From contig CBDBFH010000019.1 of assembly GCA_965204775.1 (NCBI GenBank), positions 4,394 to 68,393 on the forward strand: a stretch of DNA of 64,000 nucleotides, written 5' to 3'. The position numbers were made by a program, and so were the translations under genes. Below, one piece after another: positions 12,066 to 19,794 of this stretch (the stretch's first letter is position 1; each line of letters begins with the position of its first letter). Below the pieces are notes generated by a model. That model was not told where the DNA came from. It did no database searches and saw nothing but the letters and a program-made list of their open reading frames with translations. This DNA comes from Alphaproteobacteria bacterium (GTDB taxonomy: Bacteria > Pseudomonadota > Alphaproteobacteria > JAPOUT01 > G958296285).

Positions 12066-13478
12066 ATGGCGGCGGCCCGACCGAGGAGCGGAGCGCAGAC
12101 CAGCCGGCCCCCGGCGGCGGATGGCGATCCGGCGGAGGTTTATGCGCCGCCGGAGGATCTGTCCTGCCGGGAAGCCTTGTTGCGTATCTTGCGCCGGGTG
12201 CGGGCGGATACCGAGGCGTTGTGCGCGCCCTTGAGCGGCGAGGATCAGGCGATTCAGACGATGGCCGATGTCAGCCCGGCGAAATGGCACCGGGCGCATA
12301 CCAGCTGGTTTTTCGAGACGTTCATTCTGGCGCGGTTTTTTGCAGGCTACCGCCTGTTTGATTCTTCCTATCCGTATTTTTTCAACTCTTATTATGAGCA
12401 GATCGGCGCGCCCTATCCGCGGGCGCGGCGGGGGCTTTTGTCGCGGCCCGGGGCCGGCGAGATCGGGCGCTACCGGGAGGCGGTCGATCAGGCGCTGGAA
12501 GATTTCGCCGCGCGCGCGCCGGAGGCGGTCTGGCGGCAGGCCGCGCCCTTGATCGTTTTGGGCCTGCACCATGAGCAGCAGCATCAGGAGCTGATCTTGA
12601 CCGACATCAAACATGTGATGGCGCAAAATCCGTCCAAACCGGCGGTTTATCCGCTGGCGCGGGTCTCCCCGCCGGGACGAGCTTCCCTGCCGGGGCAAGG
12701 CGGGGCGAAGGCGGGGGAAGAGCCGGCCTGTTCCTGGATTGCGTTTGAGGGCGGGCTTTGCGAGATCGGCAGGCAGGAGGGCCAGGCCTCCGGTTTTGCC
12801 TTTGACAATGAGACGCCGCGCCACCGGACATGGCTTGCGCCGTTTCGGCTGGCGGGGCGTCTTGCGACCAATGGCGAGTATCTGGCTTTCATGGAGGATG
12901 GGGGCTATGAGCGGGCCGAGTTCTGGCTGGCCGACGGCTGGGCGGCTTTGGCGGGGGACAAGAGTCATGCGCCGTTATATTGGCGGCGCGGCGCGGATGG
13001 CGGTTGGCATGAGTTCACGCTGGCCGGGGAAAGGCCGCTGGATTTGGCGGCGCCGGTGGTTCATGTCAGCTATTACGAGGCTTCGGCCTATGCGGCCTGG
13101 GCGGGCAAGCGCCTGCCGCGCGAGGCGGAGAGCGAGGTTGCGGCGGTTTCGGTTCCGGTTGCGGGCAATCTGGGGCGGGCGGTTTGGGATGGGTCGGCCT
13201 GTGCGGCGCATCCGCGGGCCGGGGACGGCGCGGGGCTTTCGCAGATTTACGGCGATGTTTGGGAATGGACGATGAGCGCCTACAGCCCCTATCCGGGTTT
13301 CCGGGCGGCGGGCGGGGCGATTGGCGAATATAACGGCAAGTTCATGTGCGGGCAGTATGTCTTGAAGGGGGGCAGTTGCGCGACGGCGCCGGGTCATATG
13401 CGGGCGTCGTACCGGAATTTTTTCCCGCCGGGGGCGCGCTGGCAGTTTTCCGGGATTCGGCTGGCCGAAGACGGATGA
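12066..13478 (+). CDS. egtB: ergothioneine biosynthesis protein EgtB (hercynine sulfoxide synthase; DinB_2 + FGE-sulfatase domains)
   Basis: DinB-like N-terminal domain (HHEQQHQELILTDIKH) and C-terminal FGE-sulfatase-like domain (GDVWEWTMSAY). 470 aa. Confidence 0.85.
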   Translation: MAAARPRSGAQTSRPPAADGDPAEVYAPPEDLSCREALLRILRRVRADTEALCAPLSGEDQAIQTMADVSPAKWHRAHTSWFFETFILARFFAGYRLFDSSYPYFFNSYYEQIGAPYPRARRGLLSRPGAGEIGRYREAVDQALEDFAARAPEAVWRQAAPLIVLGLHHEQQHQELILTDIKHVMAQNPSKPAVYPLARVSPPGRASLPGQGGAKAGEEPACSWIAFEGGLCEIGRQEGQASGFAFDNETPRHRTWLAPFRLAGRLATNGEYLAFMEDGGYERAEFWLADGWAALAGDKSHAPLYWRRGADGGWHEFTLAGERPLDLAAPVVHVSYYEASAYAAWAGKRLPREAESEVAAVSVPVAGNLGRAVWDGSACAAHPRAGDGAGLSQIYGDVWEWTMSAYSPYPGFRAAGGAIGEYNGKFMCGQYVLKGGSCATAPGHMRASYRNFFPPGARWQFSGIRLAEDG

Positions 13479-14458
13479 GCCCTGCGAACGGCACGGCGGC
13501 GGGGCCGGTGGCGTTTTTCGACGACCGGTCTCCGCCCGGCGATGACTTTCTCAGCGACGCGCTGGCGGGTCTGGCGCGCAGGCCCAAGCGGTTGCCGCCG
13601 AAATATTTTTACGATGCGGCGGGCGCGCGCCTGTTTGAGGAGATTTGCCGGACCGAGGAATATTATGTGACGCGCACCGAGACGGCGCTGTTGCGCGCTT
13701 TGGGTCCCGAATTGGCCGAGCTGGCCGGGCCCGGTGCGGTGGCGGTGGAGTTTGGGAGCGGGGCGGGGACCAAGACGCGCCTTTTGCTGGAGGCGCTGGA
13801 CGCGCCCTGCTTTTATATTGCGATTGACATCAGCCGGGCGCAATTGCTGGCGGCGAGCCGCAAGCTGGCGGAGGGGTTTCCGGCGGTGCGGGTCGGGGCG
13901 ATCTGCGCGGATTTCTCCAAGCCGCTGGCCCTGCCGGATCTGGACGGGGGGCGGCGTCTGGGGTTTTTGCCCGGATCGACGATTGGCAATTTTTCGCCGC
14001 CGGAAAGCGTTGCGTTTCTGGCCGGGGTCCGGCGGAGTCTGGGCGCGGGGGGCCGGCTGTTGATCGGGGTGGACCTGAAGAAAGACCGCCGCCTTTTGAC
14101 CCGGGCCTATAATGACGGGGCGGGGCGCACCGCGGCGTTCAATCTCAATATTCTGGCGCGGATGGTTCGCGAGCTGGATGCGCGGCTGGACCTTGCCGGC
14201 TTTGCCCATGAGGCGGTCTATAATGACGGGGCCGGGCGGATGGAAATGCATCTGCGCTCCTTGCGCGCGCAGGAGATTGGCCTGGACGGGCGGCGCTTTC
14301 CGGTGGCCGAGGCGGAGCGGATTCACACCGAGAATTCCTACAAATACGACATTCCCGGCTTTCAGGCTCTGGCGGAACGGGCGGGGTTTGCGCCGCGCCG
14401 GGTGTGGACGGATTCGCAGAATCTTTTCAGCCTGCACTGGCTGGAGGCGGGGGGATGA
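13475..14458 (+). CDS. egtD: L-histidine N-alpha-methyltransferase EgtD
   Basis: SAM-dependent methyltransferase with EgtD-type N-terminus (FFDDRSPPGDDFLSDALAGL.. YFYDAAGARLFEEICRTEEYY). ATGA overlap with the egtB stop. The six-frame ORF starts earlier at 13346, and the overlapping ATG was chosen. Confidence 0.8.
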   Translation: MSPANGTAAGPVAFFDDRSPPGDDFLSDALAGLARRPKRLPPKYFYDAAGARLFEEICRTEEYYVTRTETALLRALGPELAELAGPGAVAVEFGSGAGTKTRLLLEALDAPCFYIAIDISRAQLLAASRKLAEGFPAVRVGAICADFSKPLALPDLDGGRRLGFLPGSTIGNFSPPESVAFLAGVRRSLGAGGRLLIGVDLKKDRRLLTRAYNDGAGRTAAFNLNILARMVRELDARLDLAGFAHEAVYNDGAGRMEMHLRSLRAQEIGLDGRRFPVAEAERIHTENSYKYDIPGFQALAERAGFAPRRVWTDSQNLFSLHWLEAGG

Positions 14459-14838
14459 GGCCGGGGGAGCCGGGCGGATTGCTTGAGCTGATTTTGGCGC
14501 TTCTGGCGCAGGGCAAGGCGCAGGATGTGGTTGCGCTTGACCTGGCCGGGAAGAGCACGCTGGCCGATCACATGGTGATCGCCAGCGCGTCTTCGGCGCG
14601 GGGCGTAACGGGTCTGGCGGGCCGGGTGATGGAAGGGGTGAAGAAGGGGGCGGGACAGGCGGTGCGCAGCGAGGGTTTGGGGGCGGGCGACTGGGTTTTG
14701 ATTGATGCGGGCGATGTGATTGTGCATCTGTTCCGCCCGGAGGTTCGCGCGTTTTACGATCTGGAGAAGATGTGGTCGGCGCAGGAGGCGTCCGGCGGCG
14801 GGCGGGGGCGATTGACAGGGGGCCGGGTTGCGCCCTAG
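14455..14838 (+). CDS. rsfS: ribosomal silencing factor RsfS (Iojap family)
   Basis: LAQGKAQDVVALDLAGKSTLADHMVIASASSARGV...DWVLIDAGDVIVHLF is typical RsfS. ATGA overlap with the egtD stop. Confidence 0.85.
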   Translation: MRPGEPGGLLELILALLAQGKAQDVVALDLAGKSTLADHMVIASASSARGVTGLAGRVMEGVKKGAGQAVRSEGLGAGDWVLIDAGDVIVHLFRPEVRAFYDLEKMWSAQEASGGGRGRLTGGRVAP

Positions 14839-14892
14839 GGTCCGGCCCGGTGCTTGGGAGGCGCGGCGGGCGCGCAGGAGAGGGCGAGCGCG

Positions 14893-15642
14893 ATGAAGAT
14901 TCTGGTCTGCGTCAAGCGGGTGATTGACTATAACGTCAAGCCGCGGGTCAAGCCCGACGGATCGGGGGTTGACTTGGCCAATGTCAAGATGTCGATGAAT
15001 CCGTTTGACGAGATTGCGGTTGAAGAGGCGGTGCGCCTGAAAGAGGCGGGCGCGGCGGAGGAGATTGTGGCGGTTTCGATTGGTCCGGGCGAGGCCGGGG
15101 AGACGATTCGCACCGCGCTGGCGATGGGGGCCGACCGGGGGATTTTGATCAAGACCGGAGAGCGGGTGGAGGCGCTGACCGCGGCGAAATTGCTGCAGGC
15201 GGTGGCCGGAGCGGAAGCGCCGCAGCTGGTGATTTTGGGCAAGCAGGCGATTGACGACGACTGCAACCAGACCGGCCAGATGCTGGCGGCGCTGCTGGGC
15301 TGGGGGCAGGGGACGTTCGCCTCGAAGGTGGAGGTTGGGGAAGATTCGGTTCAGGTCACCCGCGAGATTGACGGCGGGCTGCAGACGGTCCGGCTGAAAC
15401 TGCCGGCGGTGGTGACCACCGATCTGCGGCTGAACGAGCCGCGCTATGCCTCGCTGCCCAACATCATGAAGGCGAAGCGCAAGACGATTGACGAGAAGGA
15501 GCCGCAGGCGTTTGGGGTTGACCTTTCGCCGCGCCTGGAGATCGTCAAGACGTCGCCGCCGCCGGAGCGGGCCGAGGGGATTCGGGTGGACTCGGTGGCC
15601 GCCCTGGTCGACCGGCTGAAGAACGAGGCGGGGGTGATCTGA
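14893..15642 (+). CDS. etfB: electron transfer flavoprotein beta subunit
   Basis: [28 protein letters not shown] is a canonical EtfB N-terminus. Confidence 0.9.
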   Translation: MKILVCVKRVIDYNVKPRVKPDGSGVDLANVKMSMNPFDEIAVEEAVRLKEAGAAEEIVAVSIGPGEAGETIRTALAMGADRGILIKTGERVEALTAAKLLQAVAGAEAPQLVILGKQAIDDDCNQTGQMLAALLGWGQGTFASKVEVGEDSVQVTREIDGGLQTVRLKLPAVVTTDLRLNEPRYASLPNIMKAKRKTIDEKEPQAFGVDLSPRLEIVKTSPPPERAEGIRVDSVAALVDRLKNEAGVI

Positions 15643-16580
15643 TGAGCGTTTTGCTGCTGGCCGAGCATGACAATGCGCAGGTGAGTCCGGGCCTGGCGAA
15701 GGCGCTGAGCGCGTGCGGCGCGCTAGGCGGGGAGGTTGACATTCTGGTTGCCGGATCGGGCTGTGCGGCGGCGGCGCAGGCGGCGGCGGAACTGGCGGGG
15801 GTGCGCAAGGTTTTGTGCGCGGACGATCCGGCCCTGGAGAAGCAATTGGCCGAGCCGGTGGCGGCGCTGATGGTGGCGCGGGCCGGGGATTATGAGCATA
15901 TCGCCAGCGCGGCGGGGGCGGCGGGCAAGAATGTGATGCCGCGGGTTGCGGCGCTGCTGGATTCGCCGCAGGTCTCCGATGTCAGCGCGATTCTCGCCCC
16001 CGACACGTTTGAGCATCCGATCTATGCCGGCAATGCGATTGAGACCGTGCGCAGTCTGGGCGGCAAGAAGATTTTGACGATTCGCACGACGGCCTTCGCC
16101 GCGGCGGGGGCGGCGGAGTCGCCCGCGCCGGTGGAGGCGATCTCCGCCGCGGCCTGCCCGGCGCTGTCGGAATATGTCGGCGAGGAGCTGACCCGCTCCG
16201 ACCGGCCCGAACTGACGGCGGCGCGGGTGGTGATTTCGGGGGGCCGGGGGATGCAGTCGGGCGAGAATTTTGCGCTGCTGGAGAAGGTCGCCGACAAATT
16301 GGGGGCGGCGGTGGGGGCCTCGCGCGCGGCGGTGGATTCGGGCTTTGTCCCGAACGACTATCAGGTCGGGCAGACCGGCAAGACGGTTGCGCCGGAACTT
16401 TACATCGCGGTGGGGATTTCCGGGGCGATCCAGCATCTGGCGGGGATGAAGGATTCGAAGGTGATCGTGGCGATCAACAAGGACGAGGAAGCGCCGATTT
16501 TTCAAGTGGCCGATTACGGCCTGGTGGCGGATCTGTTCAAGGCGCTTCCGGAACTGGAAGCGGCGCTGGAGAGCAAGTAG
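15642..16580 (+). CDS. etfA: electron transfer flavoprotein alpha subunit
   Basis: [11 protein letters not shown].. followed by a C-terminal FAD-binding region ([23 protein letters not shown]). ATGA overlap with etfB. Confidence 0.9.
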   Translation: MSVLLLAEHDNAQVSPGLAKALSACGALGGEVDILVAGSGCAAAAQAAAELAGVRKVLCADDPALEKQLAEPVAALMVARAGDYEHIASAAGAAGKNVMPRVAALLDSPQVSDVSAILAPDTFEHPIYAGNAIETVRSLGGKKILTIRTTAFAAAGAAESPAPVEAISAAACPALSEYVGEELTRSDRPELTAARVVISGGRGMQSGENFALLEKVADKLGAAVGASRAAVDSGFVPNDYQVGQTGKTVAPELYIAVGISGAIQHLAGMKDSKVIVAINKDEEAPIFQVADYGLVADLFKALPELEAALESK

Positions 16581-16607
16581 CGCCGCCGCCGGGCGGGCGG
16601 GGCGCGG

Positions 16608-16793
16608 TCAGGCGGAGGCGAGCCAGGCGGCCAGCGCGATCAGGAGGAGGGCGGCGGCCTGCATGAGAACCCGCAATCGCATGAAGAATTGGGAGCGGCG
16701 CGCGGAGTCGGTCTGAATCATGGTGAACAGGCCGGCGAAGAGAATGGCGGCGACGGCGGCCAGCGCAACGAGGATGATGAGAGGAGCGGTCAT
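16608..16793 (-). CDS. small two-helix membrane protein (twin transmembrane helix small protein / HIG1-like)
   Basis: 61-aa product MTAPLIILVALAAVAAILFAGLFTMIQTDSARRSQFFMRLRVLMQAAALLLIALAAWLASA has two hydrophobic helices. The rest of the 301-aa six-frame ORF is antisense to the esterase gene. Confidence 0.45.
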   Translation of the reverse strand: MTAPLIILVALAAVAAILFAGLFTMIQTDSARRSQFFMRLRVLMQAAALLLIALAAWLASA

Positions 16794-16902
16794 GGTCAAG
16801 GCTACGGGTATCGGGCGAGGTTTACGCCGGGGCGGGTGTTTCGGCAAGCTGCGCGTTGTGCCGGGGCCGGAAGGGGCCGGGGGCCGGGAGGGGCCGGGAC
16901 TA

Positions 16903-17582
16903 TGAGCGAGCGGATGCTGGACGGCCCGCGGCTGGCGGCGGCGGGGGGCGCGGCGGATCGTTTGATTATCTTGTGTCACGGCTATGGCGCGGACGGGCAG
17001 GACCTGATCGGGCTGGCCGGGGCGTGGCAGCGTCTGATGCCGCGCGCGGCTTTTGCCGCGCCCAACGGGCCGGAGCGCTGCGCGGGCCAGCCTTTGGGCT
17101 ATCAATGGTTTGCGTTGCCGCATGGCGGCGGCGGGGCCGGGCGCGATCCGGCGATCATGCGGAGCGGGGTGGCGCGGGCGGCGGCGGCGCTGGAGCGATT
17201 TATCGAGGCGGAACTGGCCCGGCACGGGCTGGCGGCGAACCGGCTGGCTCTGGTCGGCTTCAGTCAGGGAACGATGACGGCGCTGCAGGCGGGCCTGTGC
17301 GGGCGGGCGAGGCCGGCGGCGATTATCGGCTTTTCCGGGGCGCTGGCGGCGGGGCCGGATTTCGGGGCGCAACTTGCCGCCCGTCCGCCGATCCTGCTGG
17401 TGCATGGCGACGCCGATCCGATGATCCCGCTTGAGGCGATGTATGACGCCGCCCAGCGTCTGGGCGCAGAGGGTCTTCAGGTTCTGTGGCATGTCAGCGC
17501 CGGGGTCGGCCACGGGATTGCGCCGGACGGGATGGAACTGGCCGGGGAATTTCTGGTCCGGGCTTTTGCCCGGGGCGGCTAG
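16903..17582 (+). CDS. phospholipase/carboxylesterase family alpha/beta hydrolase
   Basis: LIILCHGYGADGQDL, nucleophile elbow GFSQG and C-terminal HG motif. Start chosen at MSERMLDG. Confidence 0.8.
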
Positions 17583-18124
17583 AACCGGCTGGAGAGCGCA
17601 ATCGCCGCCCGGGTGACGGCGGCGACCGCGCCGGAGAGGAGGGGGAAGCCGGCGGCCTGGCGCGCGCCGGCGCGCAATGCGAGGTCGCGATGGGCCAGTT
17701 CCTGCGCGCGGAATTTCTCAAGGGTTTTTTTCAGTTCGCCCTGTTCGCGACTGGCGGCAAGTTCGGCGATCTGTTCGGCATAATGGCGGTCGATCACCTC
17801 TTCGACCGCGACGGTGCAGGCCATGGCGGCGCGCGGCGAGATCAGCGCGGTGGCCGCGCCCAGCGCGAAGGCGGCGGCGTGCCAAAGCGGCATAAGCGCG
17901 CTCGGGCGCGCGGCATGGCGCTCGGCGAGGGCGGCGAAACTGGCAAGATGCTCTTTTTCCTCGGCTTCCATCTCTTCGATCAGGCGCAGGGTCCGGGCAT
18001 GGGCCGGGACATGGGCGAAGACGGCGCGCTGGCCGCGATAGATTCGGACCGCGCCATATTCCCCGGCCTGATCGACGCGGATCATGCGATCGAGCGCGGG
18101 CGGCGGCCTGGTGCGGACAGTCAT
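17579..18124 (-). CDS. coq7: demethoxyubiquinone hydroxylase Coq7 (ferritin-like di-iron)
   Basis: RVDQAGEYGAVRIYRGQ and EEKEHL/EEVIDRHY di-iron carboxylate motifs of the COQ7 family. Confidence 0.8.
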   Translation of the reverse strand: MTVRTRPPPALDRMIRVDQAGEYGAVRIYRGQRAVFAHVPAHARTLRLIEEMEAEEKEHLASFAALAERHAARPSALMPLWHAAAFALGAATALISPRAAMACTVAVEEVIDRHYAEQIAELAASREQGELKKTLEKFRAQELAHRDLALRAGARQAAGFPLLSGAVAAVTRAAIALSSRF

Positions 18125-18672
18125 GGCGTGATTATGGAGCGGTTACGGCGGGGGCGGGGGCCGGGGGCCAGCGCCCGGGCAACGCGGAGGGCGAAGACGG
18201 CGGCGGCCAAAGAGAGGAGCGCATTGTACCCGGCGAGCGACAGGCCTGCAACGCGGAAGGGGGCTTGAGCGCAGGAGACCGGGGCGGGGGCGGTTTCCAG
18301 CTGGCGGAGGAGGTCTTCGGCCTGCCAGAGCAGGGGGGCTTGAGCGGTGCAAGAGGCGAGTTCGGGGAAGAGGCCCCATTCGATTCCGGCATGCCAGGCG
18401 CCCAGCCCGGCAGACAGGGTCAAGCTGAGGGCGGCGAGGAGGAAGGCGGCATGGACCGCGGCCGGCGCGCGCGCGCGCCGCGCCGGATGCCAGGCGGCGG
18501 CGGCGAGGAGGAGGACGGCGGCCCAGGGCAGCCGCTGCCAGAGGCACAAGCGGCAGGGGGCGAAGCCGCCGATGATCTCAAGGCCATAGACGGCAAGCAG
18601 GCTGGCGGCGCTGGCCAGAAAGAGAAGGGCGGCGGCCTGCGGCGGGGAACAATGCGGCATGGGGGGCGGCAT
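18121..18672 (-). CDS. dsbB: disulfide bond formation protein B (DsbB family)
   Basis: Four predicted TM helices with cysteine pairs (CRLCLWQR; C..C in the second loop). Overlaps the coq7 start by 4 bp. Start at MPPPMPH chosen. Confidence 0.7.
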   Translation of the reverse strand: MPPPMPHCSPPQAAALLFLASAASLLAVYGLEIIGGFAPCRLCLWQRLPWAAVLLLAAAAWHPARRARAPAAVHAAFLLAALSLTLSAGLGAWHAGIEWGLFPELASCTAQAPLLWQAEDLLRQLETAPAPVSCAQAPFRVAGLSLAGYNALLSLAAAVFALRVARALAPGPRPRRNRSIITP

Positions 18673-18686
18673 GGGGGGGAGCCTCC

Positions 18687-19271
18687 CTAGAGGATCGCGG
18701 CCAGGGCGATGATCAGGGCCAGCGCGGCAAGCGCAGCAAAGAAGAGGGCGGAGGACCACCCCCCTGCCCTTTTGAGCAGCGCTTCGGCGCGCGGTCCGGC
18801 GATGCGGCACACGAGGGCAAGAGCATAGAAGCGCCCTCCCCGCGCAGCAAGACCGGCGAGGACAAACAGGGGCAGGTTCATGCCGGCGGCGCCGGCGGTG
18901 AGGGCGACGATCTTGTAAGGGACGGGGGTCAGGCCGCCGATGAGAACGATCCACAGCCCGTAGCGGTCATAGTTGCGGCGAAAGTCTTCGACCTCCTGGC
19001 CGAGGCCATAGAACGCGATCAGCGGCCCGGCGGCGGCGTCATAGAAGAACTGGCCGATGAAGTATCCGGCGGTTGCCCCGGCGACCGAGAAGAGGGTGGC
19101 CAGGGCGGCGAAGCGCCAGGCGCGGGCCGGGGCGCTGAGGCACATGGGGGCGAGCAGGGCGTCGGGGGGGATCGGGAAGACGACGCTTTCGGTGAAGGCG
19201 ACCAGGCCCAGCAATTGGCTGGCGCGGGGGTGGGCGGCGCTGGCGCGCAAGCTTTCGCGGGAGAAGGTCAT
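18687..19271 (-). CDS. DedA/YqaA family membrane protein
   Basis: Multi-pass membrane protein with a DedA/SNARE-associated-like core (FPIPPDALL... GLWIVLIGGLTPVPYKIV). Confidence 0.7.
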   Translation of the reverse strand: MTFSRESLRASAAHPRASQLLGLVAFTESVVFPIPPDALLAPMCLSAPARAWRFAALATLFSVAGATAGYFIGQFFYDAAAGPLIAFYGLGQEVEDFRRNYDRYGLWIVLIGGLTPVPYKIVALTAGAAGMNLPLFVLAGLAARGGRFYALALVCRIAGPRAEALLKRAGGWSSALFFAALAALALIIALAAIL

Positions 19272-19381
19272 GAGGCGGAAAAGGCGGGGGCAAGGGCGGG
19301 GCGGCGGGGGAAACGCGCTCTTTCCCCGCTGCGGGCAAAGAGGTATTATCGTGTCACGTTCGCGGGCAATGCAAGCGGACG

Positions 19382-19719
19382 GGCGCTGTGGCGGAATTGG
19401 TAGACGCGGCGGACTTCATGCAAAGGGGTTGCTCCGGCGGAAACGCCGGGGACAGAACTCGTCAAATTCGGCGAACGCCTCCGGGCTTGTCCCGAAGCCA
19501 ACGCCGAGCGAAGCCCGGGGGATTTCTTTCGGGAACGTGTAGAGACTAGACGGCGAGCGGCTAAAGCGCCGGTTTTTAATCCGGAGCCAGGCCGAAGGCA
19601 TAGTCCAGCGCACGAAACGGCCGGAGCGGGTCTCCTGGCCGGCGGCGAAAGCCGCAGTGTGACGCAAAATCCGTTGTTCCGTGAGGAACGTGAGAGTTCG
19701 AGTCTCTCCAGCGCCACCA
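19382..19719 (+). tRNA. tRNA-Leu (predicted anticodon CAA) interrupted by a group I intron. Exon 1 is 19382-19415, exon 2 is 19675-19719 including the encoded CCA
   Basis: Class II tRNA-Leu hallmarks are split by 259 nt: D-arm GUGGCGGAAUUGGUAGACGC, anticodon stem GCGGA/UCCGU, variable arm GUUCC-GUGA-GGAAC, T-arm GAGAG-UUCGAGU-CUCUC, and acceptor GGCGCUG/CAGCGCC-ACCA. Joining after U33 gives the loop CUCAAAA. Confidence 0.8.
19416..19674 (+). ncRNA. group I self-splicing intron (IC3-like, tRNA-type) inside the tRNA-Leu anticodon loop
   Basis: P2 with GAAA loop (CUCCGGCG-GAAA-CGCCGGGG), GUCAAAUUCGGCG (J3/4-P4), CAACGCCGAG (P4'), R-like GUGUAGAGACUAGACGG, S-like AAGGCAUAGUCC, P9 hairpins including GCGGC-GAAA-GCCGC, and a terminal G. 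Close resemblance to the Azoarcus tRNA-Ile intron as recalled from memory. Boundaries +/-1 nt. Confidence 0.75.
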
Positions 19720-19794
19720 TTTTTTGCGGGCTTGACCCTGTCGGGCGGCGGGCTAGTATTGGCGTTTGAGGGATGGGGGCGACAGGGGGCGAAG

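Noticed and set aside
16608-17513. Full 301-aa minus-strand ORF
   Set aside because: Only the C-terminal 61 codons (two TM helices) look like a real small protein, and the remainder is antisense to the carboxylesterase gene.
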